Source: Fidelibacterota bacterium
GTDB taxonomy: Bacteria; Fidelibacterota; UBA2242
Direction of reading: 5' to 3'
Length of the DNA: 64,000 bases
Assembly (NCBI GenBank): GCA_018002295.1
Contig: JAGNGI010000004.1
Location: forward strand, 3,345 to 67,344
This document shows, one piece after another, positions 1 to 10,827 of this stretch. A program made the position numbers and the translations under genes. Each line of letters opens with the position of its first letter. Positions within the stretch are counted from its first letter, which is position 1. Under the pieces are notes generated by a model. That model saw nothing but the letters and a program-made list of their open reading frames with translations. It searched no databases and was not told the DNA's origin.

Positions 1-100
1 GCAAGAGGCACAAGAAAATAAAGAAAAACAAACCGTTGAGGAAGAGACAGACTTATCCGACGAAGACATCATTGACGATTTCGGTCAGGAAGAGAAATAA
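1..100 (+). CDS. 3' end of upstream gene (partial), acidic C-terminal tail consistent with NusA
   Basis: Frame 2 is open from nt 2 to TAA at 98-100 (…EEETDLSDEDIIDDFGQEEK*). Placed directly upstream of infB as in the conserved nusA-infB operon. Identity inferred from position and acidic tail only. Confidence 0.3.
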   Translation, partial: QEAQENKEKQTVEEETDLSDEDIIDDFGQEEK

Positions 101-104
101 ACAA

Positions 105-2633
105 ATGAGTATTGACCCAAAAGATAAACCCAAACGGATTTTCGAGATTGCGAAGGAATTAAATATCTCTCATAATGATATCATAAAATATCTTGAGAAA
201 GAAGGAATTCCCTGTAAAAGCATAATGACGCCGGTTGACGAATCTTCTTATATGAAAATTCTGGGCGAATTTGCTAAAGAAAAAGATATTGTCGAAAGAT
301 TACGTTTGGAGCGAGCCCGCCGTGAAGCTGAGAATAGACGTAAAGCGGAAGAAGACGCGCGTCGTACGGCTGAGATGGAGAGGCGTAAACTCGAAGAAGA
401 AGTCTATAAATCAGCCTTGCTGTTTTTTAATAGTGCCATTAAGGATGTATTTAAATATAGTCTAAACGTTCAAAGTCAGCTAATTGAATCTGTCTGGGAA
501 ACAGCCGCGGTTACCGATAGACTTCCCGAAATACCAAAAGAACCGGAAATCACTGAAATCGCAGAACCCAGTATTGAAAAAACTACTACTACCACTCCTC
601 CGTTAGAATCTCCTAAGAAAAAAGGTAAGAAAAAACTGCGTCGGATAAAAATTGATGAACTCGAAACACGTCTGGATCTGAAACATGGCAAACACAAACC
701 GACGGAAACAGGAGATGAAGTAAGCCATCGTCGCAAAAAACCAGGTAATGAGCGGGAAGCTAACGATCGCGTAGTAGATGCTCAGATTCGCAAAACAATG
801 GCTAAAATGGATGAAAAGTCAACGAAAAAAAGACATAAAAAAACTGAAACTGTTGCTGAAGAAGCTGAGGTTAGCAAAAAAATTCGCATAAGTGATTTTG
901 CTACAGTTGATTCCCTCGCCTCCTTAATAGGGATAGATGCCGCCGATGTAATCCAAAAATGTATCGAGCTGGGAACGTTTGTAACGGTAAACCAACGTCT
1001 TGATTTCGATACAATCTCGGTTCTATGTGACGAGTTCGGTTTTGAAGTTGAAAAAATGGAACACTATGGCGAAGATCAAATAAAGATTGAAGATACTAAG
1101 GAAGACCTCGAAAATGCCACTCCGCGTCCGCCAGTTGTCGTAATAATGGGACATGTTGATCACGGGAAGACCTCTCTCCTCGATTATATCCGCCGTTCGA
1201 ATGTAGTCGCAGGTGAATCAGGTGGAATTACTCAGCATATTGGCGCGTATAAAGTTGAGTTGCCTAATAAGAAATTTATTACCTTTCTCGATACTCCGGG
1301 GCATGAAGCCTTTACCGCAATGCGCGCCCGCGGTGCTCAGGTCACCGATATAGTAGTTCTGGTAGTCGCCGCCGACGACGGCGTTATGCCGCAAACAATC
1401 GAGGCAATCAATCACGCAAAAGCCGCCAATGTACCAATCGTAGTAGCCATCAATAAAATTGATAAACCAGAAGCCGATGTCGAACGAGTCAAACGTGATC
1501 TTGCCAATTATGGCGTTTTGGTAGAAAACTGGGGCGGGAAAGTCCAGACAGCCGAAATATCAGCTAAAACGGGAAAGGGAATAGACCACTTATTAGAATT
1601 AATTCTGTTAGAAGCTGAGATGCTGGAACTCAAAGCCAATTACCAGACATTGGCTAAAGGCATTGTAATCGAATCCAGCATTGATAAACGCCGTGGCCCT
1701 ATGGCAACTGTTATAATAAAAAAGGGGACATTAAAAATCGGTGACCCATTCGTTTGTGGAGCCGCCTTTGGAAAAGTACGAACAATCTTAGATGAACGTA
1801 GCCAGAAATTGACTAAAGCCGAACCTTCTGACCCGGTTGTGATTTCTGGTTTTGATTTTCCCCCTAAACCGGCTGATATATTTGCAGTGGTTCAGGATGA
1901 ACGTGAAGCACGAAAAATTGCTACCGAAAGGCAAAAAATTGAACATGAACACCAGAAACGCCAGGTAAAAGAGTGGTCATTAGATACTATTTCCGCTCAG
2001 ATTGCTGAGGGAAAAATAAAACAGCTTAATGTGATTCTAAAAGGTGATTTCGATGGTACAGTAGAGGCGATAGGCCAAACTTTGCAGGATCTTGGGAATG
2101 AAGAGGTTGCCGTGAACATTATTCATAAAGCCGCCGGTAATATTACTGAATCGGATGTACTGCTTGCCAAAACTTCCCAGGCTATCGTAATTGGATTTAA
2201 TGTAAGCGCGAATCCAAAAGTCAATGATTTAGCAAAGAAAGAAAATGTCGAAATTCGCCATTATTCGATTATTTATGAATTGACTGATGATATCAAAGCC
2301 GCGCTGGAAGGCTTATTGACTCCCGAAAAAATTGAAGAACATCTCGGTGAAGCCGAGGTGCGCGAAATATTTAAAATACCGCGGGTTGGAGAGGTAGCCG
2401 GTTCTTATGTAATCGAGGGCAAGGTTACCCGCAACGCCACAGCCCGTTTAAAACGCGACGGAGAGGTTATTTTCGAAGGTGCTGTCGAATCGTTGAAACG
2501 ATTTAAAGACGATGTCAGAGAAGTCGCAGAAGGTTTCGAATGTGGCATTTCACTGCAAGGAGCACCCGAATTTAAGGTCGGCGATCGCATAGAATTTTTT
2601 GAAGTTAAATCGGTCAAAAGGACGCTGGCTTAA
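105..2633 (+). CDS. infB: translation initiation factor IF-2
   Basis: G-domain motifs GHVDHGKTSLLD, DTPGHEAF and NKIDK. Lys/Glu/Arg-rich N-terminal region. ATG at 105 with upstream AGGAAGAGA; the ORF track extends to an upstream TTG at 36. Confidence 0.9.
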   Translation: MSIDPKDKPKRIFEIAKELNISHNDIIKYLEKEGIPCKSIMTPVDESSYMKILGEFAKEKDIVERLRLERARREAENRRKAEEDARRTAEMERRKLEEEVYKSALLFFNSAIKDVFKYSLNVQSQLIESVWETAAVTDRLPEIPKEPEITEIAEPSIEKTTTTTPPLESPKKKGKKKLRRIKIDELETRLDLKHGKHKPTETGDEVSHRRKKPGNEREANDRVVDAQIRKTMAKMDEKSTKKRHKKTETVAEEAEVSKKIRISDFATVDSLASLIGIDAADVIQKCIELGTFVTVNQRLDFDTISVLCDEFGFEVEKMEHYGEDQIKIEDTKEDLENATPRPPVVVIMGHVDHGKTSLLDYIRRSNVVAGESGGITQHIGAYKVELPNKKFITFLDTPGHEAFTAMRARGAQVTDIVVLVVAADDGVMPQTIEAINHAKAANVPIVVAINKIDKPEADVERVKRDLANYGVLVENWGGKVQTAEISAKTGKGIDHLLELILLEAEMLELKANYQTLAKGIVIESSIDKRRGPMATVIIKKGTLKIGDPFVCGAAFGKVRTILDERSQKLTKAEPSDPVVISGFDFPPKPADIFAVVQDEREARKIATERQKIEHEHQKRQVKEWSLDTISAQIAEGKIKQLNVILKGDFDGTVEAIGQTLQDLGNEEVAVNIIHKAAGNITESDVLLAKTSQAIVIGFNVSANPKVNDLAKKENVEIRHYSIIYELTDDIKAALEGLLTPEKIEEHLGEAEVREIFKIPRVGEVAGSYVIEGKVTRNATARLKRDGEVIFEGAVESLKRFKDDVREVAEGFECGISLQGAPEFKVGDRIEFFEVKSVKRTLA

Positions 2634-2649
2634 ATGGGCGTAAATTGTT

Positions 2650-2931
2650 ATGACGATTGGATTGTTACAAATAGAACTGCGCCTGAAAAATACCCATTCT
2701 TTAAAGGATAAACGTTCAATTATCAATCGCATTAAAAACCAAGTAAGAGCAAAGTTCAATGTCTCCATTGCGGAAATTGAACCAAATGATCAATATGGTC
2801 ACTGTCTGCTCGGAATAACAACCATCAGTAATGATCAAAAGATAGTGCATCAAACTTTAAACTCTGTCGAATATCTGGTTGAGAATTTTGCCGAAATCCA
2901 GATTATTGGCAGGGAAATGGAGATGTTCTAA
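2650..2931 (+). CDS. DUF503 (YlxP-like) small protein
   Basis: 93-aa ORF between infB and rbfA, the conserved position of DUF503/YlxP. Fold-type pattern LQIELRL…SLKDKRSII. Confidence 0.6.
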   Translation: MTIGLLQIELRLKNTHSLKDKRSIINRIKNQVRAKFNVSIAEIEPNDQYGHCLLGITTISNDQKIVHQTLNSVEYLVENFAEIQIIGREMEMF

Positions 2932-3305
2932 TGACTGGTTATCGCATAAAACGAGTTGAGGATGAAATTAAACGCATCGTGGCTGAGATTTTCATTCGGG
3001 ATATTCGGCTCGATAATGTTGGCTTAATAACCGTAACGAAAGTTGTTTGCTCCTCTGATCTAAGAGAAGCCAAAATCTATATGAGCATTTACAATAACCA
3101 AAAATACTCGATTGCAGAAGCAATGAAAATTATCAAGAGTCATACTTCCTTCGTGCGTGGTCTGCTCGGTAATCGAATTATGATGCGTTTCGTACCACGC
3201 ATTACCTTCTATTATGACGAGACTCAAGAATATGCCGAGAATATCGAAAAGTTATTTCAAAAAATACATCAACCGGAAGAGGATAATCAAAACGGACTGG
3301 AGTAA
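2931..3305 (+). CDS. rbfA: ribosome-binding factor A
   Basis: 124 aa, start overlaps the DUF503 stop (TAATG). RbfA-like KH fold sequence (RVEDEIKRIVAEIF…LITVTKV…DLREAKIY). Confidence 0.85.
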   Translation: MTGYRIKRVEDEIKRIVAEIFIRDIRLDNVGLITVTKVVCSSDLREAKIYMSIYNNQKYSIAEAMKIIKSHTSFVRGLLGNRIMMRFVPRITFYYDETQEYAENIEKLFQKIHQPEEDNQNGLE

Positions 3306-3963
3306 TAAAATTTTAAACGTTTATAAACCGGCTGGTATCTCTTCCTATCAGGTAGTACGTCGTGTTAAGAACCTTCTTAAAATAAAAAAAGTCGGTCATA
3401 GCGGGACACTCGATCCGTTCGCGGAAGGAGTACTCCTAATTCTGATTGGCGGGGCAACCAAAAAAATGAATGATTTATTGAAATTGCCCAAGTCTTACGA
3501 GGCGATTTTACGTTTGGGTGAAATGACTGCCTCTGGTGACAATACTGCTCCGATTATTAAGACCGCCGCGATTCAATCTATAACAGCGGAAAATTTGATT
3601 GAAATTACCAAAAATTTTATCGGCGTAATCGAACAAATTCCACCAATTTATTCCGCCAAGAAAATCAATGGCCGTCCGTCTTATAAATATGCCCGAAAAG
3701 GACAGGAAATTAAACTGCAACCAACTCAAGTAAATATTTATGAATTGGATTTGAGGCTATTAGATTATAATACGATTTTTATTAAAGTTACCTGTTCGAG
3801 TGGAACCTATATTCGTAAACTAGGCGAAGATCTTGCAGAGGCGCTCGGCACGGTGGGTCATTTGACCAACCTGAAGCGCACCCGGATCGGCAATTATGAC
3901 TGGAAAGAAGCCGTGCCCTATTCGGAATTAAATGGATATTTGCTGGAGAACGCTACGGTATGA
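3214..3963 (+). CDS. truB: tRNA pseudouridine(55) synthase
   Basis: ILNVYKPAGISS…GHSGTLDPFAEGVLLILIGGATK, with the catalytic Asp in the GTLDP motif. The ORF-track start at 3214 overlaps rbfA by ~90 nt, so the true start is uncertain. Confidence 0.85.
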   Translation: MTRLKNMPRISKSYFKKYINRKRIIKTDWSNKILNVYKPAGISSYQVVRRVKNLLKIKKVGHSGTLDPFAEGVLLILIGGATKKMNDLLKLPKSYEAILRLGEMTASGDNTAPIIKTAAIQSITAENLIEITKNFIGVIEQIPPIYSAKKINGRPSYKYARKGQEIKLQPTQVNIYELDLRLLDYNTIFIKVTCSSGTYIRKLGEDLAEALGTVGHLTNLKRTRIGNYDWKEAVPYSELNGYLLENATV

Positions 3964-4928
3964 ATATTTATTACGGCATTGAAAATATTCCTGCCGATTA
4001 TAATGGCGCTTGTGTAACGCTGGGTGTGTTTGACGGTTTGCACCTGGCGCATCGCCAGATTATTCAAAAGGTTATCGAACTTGCCACCGAGCAAAATAGC
4101 AGAGCTATGTTAATTACCTTTGAACCTCATCCGCGTCGGATACTTAGTCAATCGTCGGCTAATCATCTACCGATATTGACAACAGTGGATGAAAAAATAG
4201 AATTACTTGAAAAAATTGGAATAGAAGAAGTCCTTTTTATTAAAGCCGATCAAACTTTTCTAAATACTGAAGAATCGGTATTCGTGCAAGAAATTTTAGT
4301 TAAAAAGTTAAAGGTGAGCGCTGTCGTTGTAGGGTATGATTATCATTATGGTCGGGATCGAAAGGGTAATCCCCAGACTTTAACTGCGGCGGGCAAAAAG
4401 TTCGGTTTTAGGGTAATAGTTATCCCGCCGTTTGCAATGAATGGGATTCTGGTACGTTCATCGTTGATCCGAGAACTTATAACCGAAGGGAAAATCCTTT
4501 CTGCCAATCAAATACTCGGCTGGCAATATAGTATTAAAGGAAAGGTTGTTAGAGGAACGGGTCGTGGTCATAAACTCGGTTTCCCGACCGCTAATCTTGT
4601 TGTAAATCCACCGGATAAATTAATTCCGGGTGATGGAGTCTATTTTGTTAAAGCTTGCCTTTCAAATTTCGAATATTTTGGAATTTTGAATATTGGGATG
4701 CGAAAGACTTTCAACGAATCTGAGCGGGTAATTGAATTATTTATAATAAATTTTAAGGATGAAGATTTGTATCATCGTGAAATTAAGGTTATTTTTATCG
4801 AAAGACTCCGCGATGAATTAAAATTTGAAACGAGTGAGGCACTAAAAAAACAGATGCAAGCTGATTTGGAAATATGTTTAGCGAAAATTAATAAATTAGA
4901 AAATAAAACGGAGGTATGTTTTAAATGA
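3960..4928 (+). CDS. ribF: bifunctional riboflavin kinase / FAD synthetase
   Basis: [14 protein letters not shown] nucleotidyltransferase motif at the N-terminus and a riboflavin-kinase C-terminal half. ATGA overlap with the truB stop. Confidence 0.85.
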   Translation: MNIYYGIENIPADYNGACVTLGVFDGLHLAHRQIIQKVIELATEQNSRAMLITFEPHPRRILSQSSANHLPILTTVDEKIELLEKIGIEEVLFIKADQTFLNTEESVFVQEILVKKLKVSAVVVGYDYHYGRDRKGNPQTLTAAGKKFGFRVIVIPPFAMNGILVRSSLIRELITEGKILSANQILGWQYSIKGKVVRGTGRGHKLGFPTANLVVNPPDKLIPGDGVYFVKACLSNFEYFGILNIGMRKTFNESERVIELFIINFKDEDLYHREIKVIFIERLRDELKFETSEALKKQMQADLEICLAKINKLENKTEVCFK

Positions 4929-5194
4929 CATTGACTAAAGAAATCAAAAGTGAATTAGTATCCAAGTACGGAAAAAACAGCCATGATACTGGAGCGATTA
5001 CAGCCCAGATTGCTATGCTAACCGAAAGGATCAAAGATTTAAGCCAGCATTTTGCGGCTCATCCTAAAGATCATAGTTCGCGGCGCGGCCTGATGAAAAT
5101 GGTTAGCCGTCGGAAGCATCTTTTAGAATATTTGCGTCGTAAAGACAATGCGGCTTATAAAGAATTAATTGAGAAACTTGAATTAAGAAAATAA
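4925..5194 (+). CDS. rpsO: 30S ribosomal protein S15
   Basis: 89 aa, [17 protein letters not shown]…[25 protein letters not shown] overlap with the ribF stop. Confidence 0.9.
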   Translation: MTLTKEIKSELVSKYGKNSHDTGAITAQIAMLTERIKDLSQHFAAHPKDHSSRRGLMKMVSRRKHLLEYLRRKDNAAYKELIEKLELRK

Positions 5195-5212
5195 ATAATT
5201 GGGAGTAAATAA

Positions 5213-7408
5213 TTGTACCAAAAAAAGATGACCCTTGGAGGTCGTGAATTAAGTATTGAGACCGGCCGAATGGCTAAACAGGCTTCGGGAGCCGTGGTTG
5301 TTCGTTATGCCGATACGATGATTTTAGTGACAGCGGTAGCTAATTTTGATGCCGTTACCGAACAAGATTTCTTCCCTCTACAGGTAGAATATCGGGAGCG
5401 AGCCTATGCCGCTGGTAAAATTCCTGGTGGTTTTTTCAAACGCGAAGGACGTCCATCGGAAAAGGAAATTCTGGGGTCACGGTTGATAGACCGACCGATT
5501 CGACCTCTATTTCCGGAAGATTTTCACTGTGATACTCAGATAATTGCGAACGTTATCTCAAGCGATCAGGAAAATCCCGCTGATGTACTCGGTATTATTG
5601 GAGCTTCGACAGCTTTGATGATTTCAGAAATTCCATTTTCCGGTCCAATTGCCGGAGTACGAGTTGGTCGGGTGAATGGAGAATTTATTCTCAATCCCAC
5701 TATCAAGCAGATGGAAGAAGGTGAACTCGATATCGTTGTGGCTGGTACCGAAGATTCGGTTGTAATGGTCGAAGGTGAATGTAAAATAATTTCCGAAGAT
5801 TTGTTAATTGAAGCTATTGAGTTCGGACATTCTGCCGTTCGGGAACTTATTCAGTTTCAGAAAGATATAGTCGCCGAATTAAAGCCAGTCAAACGGCCGA
5901 TTGAACCGGTTGAAGAACCGCTGGAATTAAAAAACGCGGTTAGCGCTCAAACGGAAACAATGCTAGCCGACTGGCGTCAATTGGCGCAGGTTTCTAAAAA
6001 GTCCTGGAATGATGCCATTCGAACTTTCGTCAATAAATTGACAGAAGAATATGCTGAACAATATCCGGAGAAAGGCAATTACATCGGCCAGGTAGTTGAT
6101 GAAATCGTTAAGAAAGATATGCGGCGGCTGATAATCGAGACCGGCAAAAGACTCGACGGTCGCGCACTGGATCAAATTCGACCGATTACTTGTGAAATAG
6201 GAATTTTGCCACGAGCCCACGGCTCAGCCCTTTTTACTCGCGGTGAAACTCAAAGTCTGGGTTCGGTAACTCTCGGAACGAAATTGGATGAGCAAATCAT
6301 TGACGATATTGACCGTGAAGAATTCACCAAGAAATTTATGCTTCATTACAATTTTCCGCCATTTAGCGTTGGTGAAGTCAAACCAATGAGAGGCACAGGC
6401 CGACGGGAAATTGGACACGGTAATTTGGCTGAGAGAGCTCTAAAAACTCAAATTCCAAGCGAGGAGGAATTTCCCTATACAATCCGGATCGTCTCCGATA
6501 TTCTGGAATCGAATGGCTCGTCTTCAATGGCAACGGTTTGTGCCGGTTCGCTAGCTATGATGGATGCCGGAATTCCGGTTAAAGAAACGGTAGCTGGTAT
6601 TGCGATGGGATTAATTAAAGAAGATAATAAACTCATAGTATTATCGGATATCATTGGTGCGGAAGACCATTACGGCGATATGGATTTCAAAATAACCGGT
6701 ACTCGTACCGGCATTACCGCAATTCAGATGGATCTGAAAATTCAGGGAATTGCGGCTTCGACTATGCGTGGCGCCCTCGAACAAGCTCGTGTCGGTCGCA
6801 TGCAAATTATTGATATTATGGAACAGACAATCAGCAAACCGCGAGAAAAAATATCCGATTTCGCACCGCGTATGTTGACCTTAAAAGTTGATAACGATTT
6901 AATAGGCGAAATAATCGGTCCCGGCGGTAAGAATATTCGGGCTTTGCAAACTGAAAGTAATTCGAAAATTGAGATTGATGATAACGGTATGGTTTTCATT
7001 TCAGCCGCAGATTTTGCATCGGCTGAAAAAGCACGCCAGTTGATTATTGATATGATCGCTAAACCGGAAGAAGGCAAGATTTATCATGACTGTCCGATAA
7101 AAAGGCTGGAAAGTTACGGTGCCTTCGTTGAATTTTTACCTGGTAAAGAAGGTCTGTTGCATGTTTCTGAAATTGCCTGGCGTCGAACTGAGGATATTAA
7201 TAGCGTCTTGAAAGTCGGCGATAAGGTAGATGTTCTATTGAAAAAAATCGCCGCCCCCGGACGTTTTGAACTTTCGATGAAAGAATTGGTTGAAAAGCCG
7301 GAAGGTTATCAAGAAACGCCACGTAATTCTCACCAACCAAGGCAAAGCCACAGTGATCGTTCAAAAGGTGATCATCATTCATCCCATCGGACACACCCCC
7401 GCTATTAA
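5213..7408 (+). CDS. pnp: polynucleotide phosphorylase
   Basis: Two RNase PH domains plus KH (IGEIIGPGGKNIR) and S1 (YGAFVEF) domains. TTG start 7 nt after GGGAG. Unusual His/Arg-rich C-terminal tail. Confidence 0.9.
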   Translation: MYQKKMTLGGRELSIETGRMAKQASGAVVVRYADTMILVTAVANFDAVTEQDFFPLQVEYRERAYAAGKIPGGFFKREGRPSEKEILGSRLIDRPIRPLFPEDFHCDTQIIANVISSDQENPADVLGIIGASTALMISEIPFSGPIAGVRVGRVNGEFILNPTIKQMEEGELDIVVAGTEDSVVMVEGECKIISEDLLIEAIEFGHSAVRELIQFQKDIVAELKPVKRPIEPVEEPLELKNAVSAQTETMLADWRQLAQVSKKSWNDAIRTFVNKLTEEYAEQYPEKGNYIGQVVDEIVKKDMRRLIIETGKRLDGRALDQIRPITCEIGILPRAHGSALFTRGETQSLGSVTLGTKLDEQIIDDIDREEFTKKFMLHYNFPPFSVGEVKPMRGTGRREIGHGNLAERALKTQIPSEEEFPYTIRIVSDILESNGSSSMATVCAGSLAMMDAGIPVKETVAGIAMGLIKEDNKLIVLSDIIGAEDHYGDMDFKITGTRTGITAIQMDLKIQGIAASTMRGALEQARVGRMQIIDIMEQTISKPREKISDFAPRMLTLKVDNDLIGEIIGPGGKNIRALQTESNSKIEIDDNGMVFISAADFASAEKARQLIIDMIAKPEEGKIYHDCPIKRLESYGAFVEFLPGKEGLLHVSEIAWRRTEDINSVLKVGDKVDVLLKKIAAPGRFELSMKELVEKPEGYQETPRNSHQPRQSHSDRSKGDHHSSHRTHPRY

Positions 7409-7411
7409 GCG

Positions 7412-8653
7412 ATGATTTCCGAAAATATCCAGCGTACAATTCTACCTAACGGAATCCGAGTCCTATCGGAATATGTTGATTCGGTTTATTCAGTTTCGTT
7501 AGGATTCTGGATACAAGCTGGTTCTCAAGACGAAGAAGATAATGAAAACGGTATTGCGCATTTACTTGAACATATGGTTTTTAAAGGAACGCATAAACGT
7601 TCAGCTTTTGCTATTGCGCATGAAATTGAATCGCTGGGTGGAATCATCAATGCCTTTACCAGCCGGAATGTGACTTGCTTTAATGTGCAGTTGTTACATG
7701 AAAATCTTGCTAAAGGTGTTGAGGTGTTATCTGACCTTATTTTGCATGGTCGGCTTGATCCTCACGAACTCGAGAAGGAAAAAAGAGTTATTTGCGAAGA
7801 GATCCGCGAAATCGAGGATACTCCACATGACTTAATCCACGATTTATTTATTCAGCAGCTTTTCCCAAATCAAGCAATGGGGCGTCCGATCCAGGGAACA
7901 GTCGAAAGTGTCAACGCCCTTCAGGTGTCTGATTTAAAACGTTTCCTTAAGCGTCATTATACGACCGGTCGTTTAGTTGTATCAGCCGCCGGAAGAGTCA
8001 ATCATGAACAATTAGTAAAACTGGTTGAGAAATATTGTCAAGATATGGGAAATGGTGCCGATTATCAAGAAAAAGATTCCGGTATTACTCAACCAGAAAC
8101 CCAGAAAATTTATCCCAAACCGATAATGCAAAGCCATGTTATTTTGGGACGCCGGATTTTCGGACAAGGCGATTCGCGACGATTCCAGCTCGGTTTACTC
8201 AATATGATTTTAAGTGGCGGTATGACATCGCGTTTATTTCATAACATTCGTGAAAAATACGGTTACGTTTACGAGGTTTACTCATTTTCAGATCTATTTT
8301 TAAACGAAGGCTTATTCGGAATATATGCCGGAGTTGATAAAAACCGACTGGATATGGTTATTGATAAAATTAATAATGAAATGACCGCGCTTTATCGTAA
8401 ACCAGTTCCCGTTCGTGAATACAAAAGAGCCAAACAGCAAGTCAAGGGTGGACTGGTACTAGCGATGGAAAATATGAACGCTCGAATGAGTAATTTAGCT
8501 AAGACAGAAATTTACGAAAAACATATTATTACGATTGCCGAATTATTGGAAATTATTGATAAAATCAGCATTGAGGATTTACAGGAATTGGCACGCTACT
8601 TATTCGACCGGAACGCCTTTATTGAAACCATTATTCAGCCGATAGAATCCTGA
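7412..8653 (+). CDS. M16-family zinc peptidase (insulinase/pitrilysin-like)
   Basis: Inverted zinc motif HLLEHMVFKGT near the N-terminus. Placed after pnp, as in many bacteria. Confidence 0.8.
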   Translation: MISENIQRTILPNGIRVLSEYVDSVYSVSLGFWIQAGSQDEEDNENGIAHLLEHMVFKGTHKRSAFAIAHEIESLGGIINAFTSRNVTCFNVQLLHENLAKGVEVLSDLILHGRLDPHELEKEKRVICEEIREIEDTPHDLIHDLFIQQLFPNQAMGRPIQGTVESVNALQVSDLKRFLKRHYTTGRLVVSAAGRVNHEQLVKLVEKYCQDMGNGADYQEKDSGITQPETQKIYPKPIMQSHVILGRRIFGQGDSRRFQLGLLNMILSGGMTSRLFHNIREKYGYVYEVYSFSDLFLNEGLFGIYAGVDKNRLDMVIDKINNEMTALYRKPVPVREYKRAKQQVKGGLVLAMENMNARMSNLAKTEIYEKHIITIAELLEIIDKISIEDLQELARYLFDRNAFIETIIQPIES

Positions 8654-8693
8654 TTATGATAAATGGCAAAAAGTCATAAAAGAGAAAATTATA

Positions 8694-9946
8694 TGAATCA
8701 GAAAATCATTCCAGCAAGGCGTACCGAAAAAGTCACTTATGCGATCCGTGACATAGCTGTGAAAGCCAAGCACTTAGAAGACCAGGGCAGAAAAATTATA
8801 TACTTAAATATTGGCGATCCTCCAGTTTATGACTTTGAAACTCCCTTTGAACTGCGCCAGATTGTAAGTGAAAAAATTTTACAATCGAGTGCCAATTCCC
8901 AATTGAATGTCTCGGTCTATGGCGATTCGATGGGTTTAATCGAAGCCAGAGAAGCAGTTGCTCGCTATGCTACTGAAAAAAAAAGAATAAAAGGGGTAAC
9001 AGCCAATGATGTCTTTATGGCTAATGGAGCTTCGGAAGCCATTACGCTGGCGATAGCGGCTTTAATTAATCCCGGCGACAATATCATGACGCCCTCGCCT
9101 GGCTATCCACTTTATAGCGGCCAAATCCCGGTTTATCATGGTAACTTAAATCAATATTTATTAAATGAATCAACCGGCTGGCAGATAGATTTTGACGAAT
9201 TAGAAAAGCGGGTCAACAAGCGCACTAAGGCAATTGTCGTCATTAATCCTAACAATCCGACTGGTGCGAATTATAATCGCGAAAGTTTATTAAATGTCAT
9301 CAATTTTGCCCGTCGCCATAACTTAGTGATTTTCGCTGACGAAATTTACGATAAATTGCTTCTTGACGGTCAAACGCACACCTCAATTGCCTCATTAGCT
9401 GATGATATACCCGTAATTACCTTTGGTGGATTGAGTAAAAACTATATCATGCCTGGTTGGCGGGTTGGTTGGGCAATATTTTCTGATCCTACTGCTGTGA
9501 TGGCAGATTACCGCGAAGCCATTAATAAACTCTTGCGGGCAAGACTTTGTGCGGTACATCCGCAACAATATATGGTGGCTCCAGCCCTGAATGGTAATGA
9601 CTCTCATTTATCCCAAGTCATTCAAAAACTGACGATTCGCCGTGATATTACAGACAAAATGTTAAATGAAATTCCTGGCATTTCTTGCGTTAAACCCGAG
9701 GCGGCTTTTTACGCTTTTCCCCGAATTCAATTGCCGCCCGGCGTTACTGATGAACAATTTGTCCTCGAATTGCTCAATGATACCGGAGTACTAGTAGTTT
9801 ACGGTAGCGGTTTCGGTCAGCAACGAGGGACTAATCATTTTCGGGTAGTTTTTCTACCAGATGAAAATATTCTGCGTCATTCTTATACGCTAATCGGCGA
9901 ATTTACGGCAAAATTCTACCGCAAATATAATTTCAAACCGGAGTAG
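8694..9946 (+). CDS. class I pyridoxal-phosphate aminotransferase, AlaA-like (alanine/glutamate-pyruvate transaminase type)
   Basis: PLP-lysine region GGLSKNYIMPGWRVGWAI. N-terminus (KVTYAIRDI…NIGDP) is collinear with AlaA-type enzymes. ATG 8694 follows AAGAGA; the ORF track extends to 8663. Confidence 0.75.
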
Positions 9947-10078
9947 TCAAAGGGTGGAGCCATAGACGAGTTTGTTCCCATAAAGAATCGAGTCCTTGTC
10001 TATCATAAAATTGATTGGCGTTCGGAAATCGGCGCGAGTTGCATCAAACCAGAAAAATTTCAAAAACATATCGAGTTT

Positions 10079-10744
10079 TTGCTTAATCGTGGTTATGAAT
10101 TTGCCACTCTTAGCAATCTTCAGGCTAATAAAAATAAACCGAATCTGATCGCTCTAACCTTCGACGATGGTTATCAGGATATTTATTTATATGCCTTTCC
10201 GATATTAAAAAGTCTGGGTATCCCGGCAACTATTTTTATCATCACCGATTATTTAGATCGGCCAAATACCTGGGACATTAATCTAGGTGGAATCCATTTC
10301 AACCATCTGACATATGATAACATCGCAGAATTAATCCAAAATGGGTGGGAAATCGGCTCGCATAGCATATCACATCATCTATTAGTCGGAATGCCGACTT
10401 TAGAAATGCAAGCCGAAATACACGACTCAAAGAAATTACTTGAAGAACGATTCAATTGCGAAGTCAGATTCTTTTGTGCTCCTTTCGGGAAATTGAACCC
10501 AAAAATTATTTCTGAAGCCAAATCCGCTGGTTATCAAGGTATTTGCGGATTCTTTCCATTTAGATACTATCATCAAAAACCTCCCGATTTTATCATCATG
10601 CGTTTAGCCGTTTATTCATTTGATACTTTAAGCGCAGTGGCAAGGAAGCTGGCTACCAATTGGCAATTGCGCCGTGAAATTATCAAACAAAACGTCGTAA
10701 ACTTCTGCGCCAACGGTACTATTATCGTCCAGAAATTGCGATAA
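10079..10744 (+). CDS. polysaccharide deacetylase (CE4/NodB domain); start codon unresolved
   Basis: LIALTFDDGYQD NodB motif 1 and H-x-x-x-H (HSISHH). The conserved N-terminal extension …RVLVYHKIDW… continues in-frame upstream to 9947 with no ATG/GTG/TTG (see findings). Confidence 0.65.
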   Translation: MLNRGYEFATLSNLQANKNKPNLIALTFDDGYQDIYLYAFPILKSLGIPATIFIITDYLDRPNTWDINLGGIHFNHLTYDNIAELIQNGWEIGSHSISHHLLVGMPTLEMQAEIHDSKKLLEERFNCEVRFFCAPFGKLNPKIISEAKSAGYQGICGFFPFRYYHQKPPDFIIMRLAVYSFDTLSAVARKLATNWQLRREIIKQNVVNFCANGTIIVQKLR

Positions 10745-10757
10745 ATAAAAAAATAAC

Positions 10758-10786
10758 TTGACATAACCCTTTAAACTGATTATACT
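10758..10786 (+). promoter_or_regulatory. sigma70-type promoter candidate for the MerR-like gene (TTGACA-17-TATACT)
   Basis: TTGACA at 10758-10763, a 17-nt spacer, then TATACT at 10781-10786, ~40 nt upstream of the ATG at 10828. Confidence 0.45.
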
Positions 10787-10827
10787 ATTAAAGTAATGGT
10801 TTAAATAATAGTGATAACAGGTGTGAT

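Noticed and set aside
271-2768. Short alternative-frame and antisense ORFs inside infB (271..465, 476..736, 1218..1415, 2405..2617, 2550..2768)
   Set aside because: They lie entirely within or opposite the well-supported infB frame, with low-complexity translations; typical ORF-caller noise.
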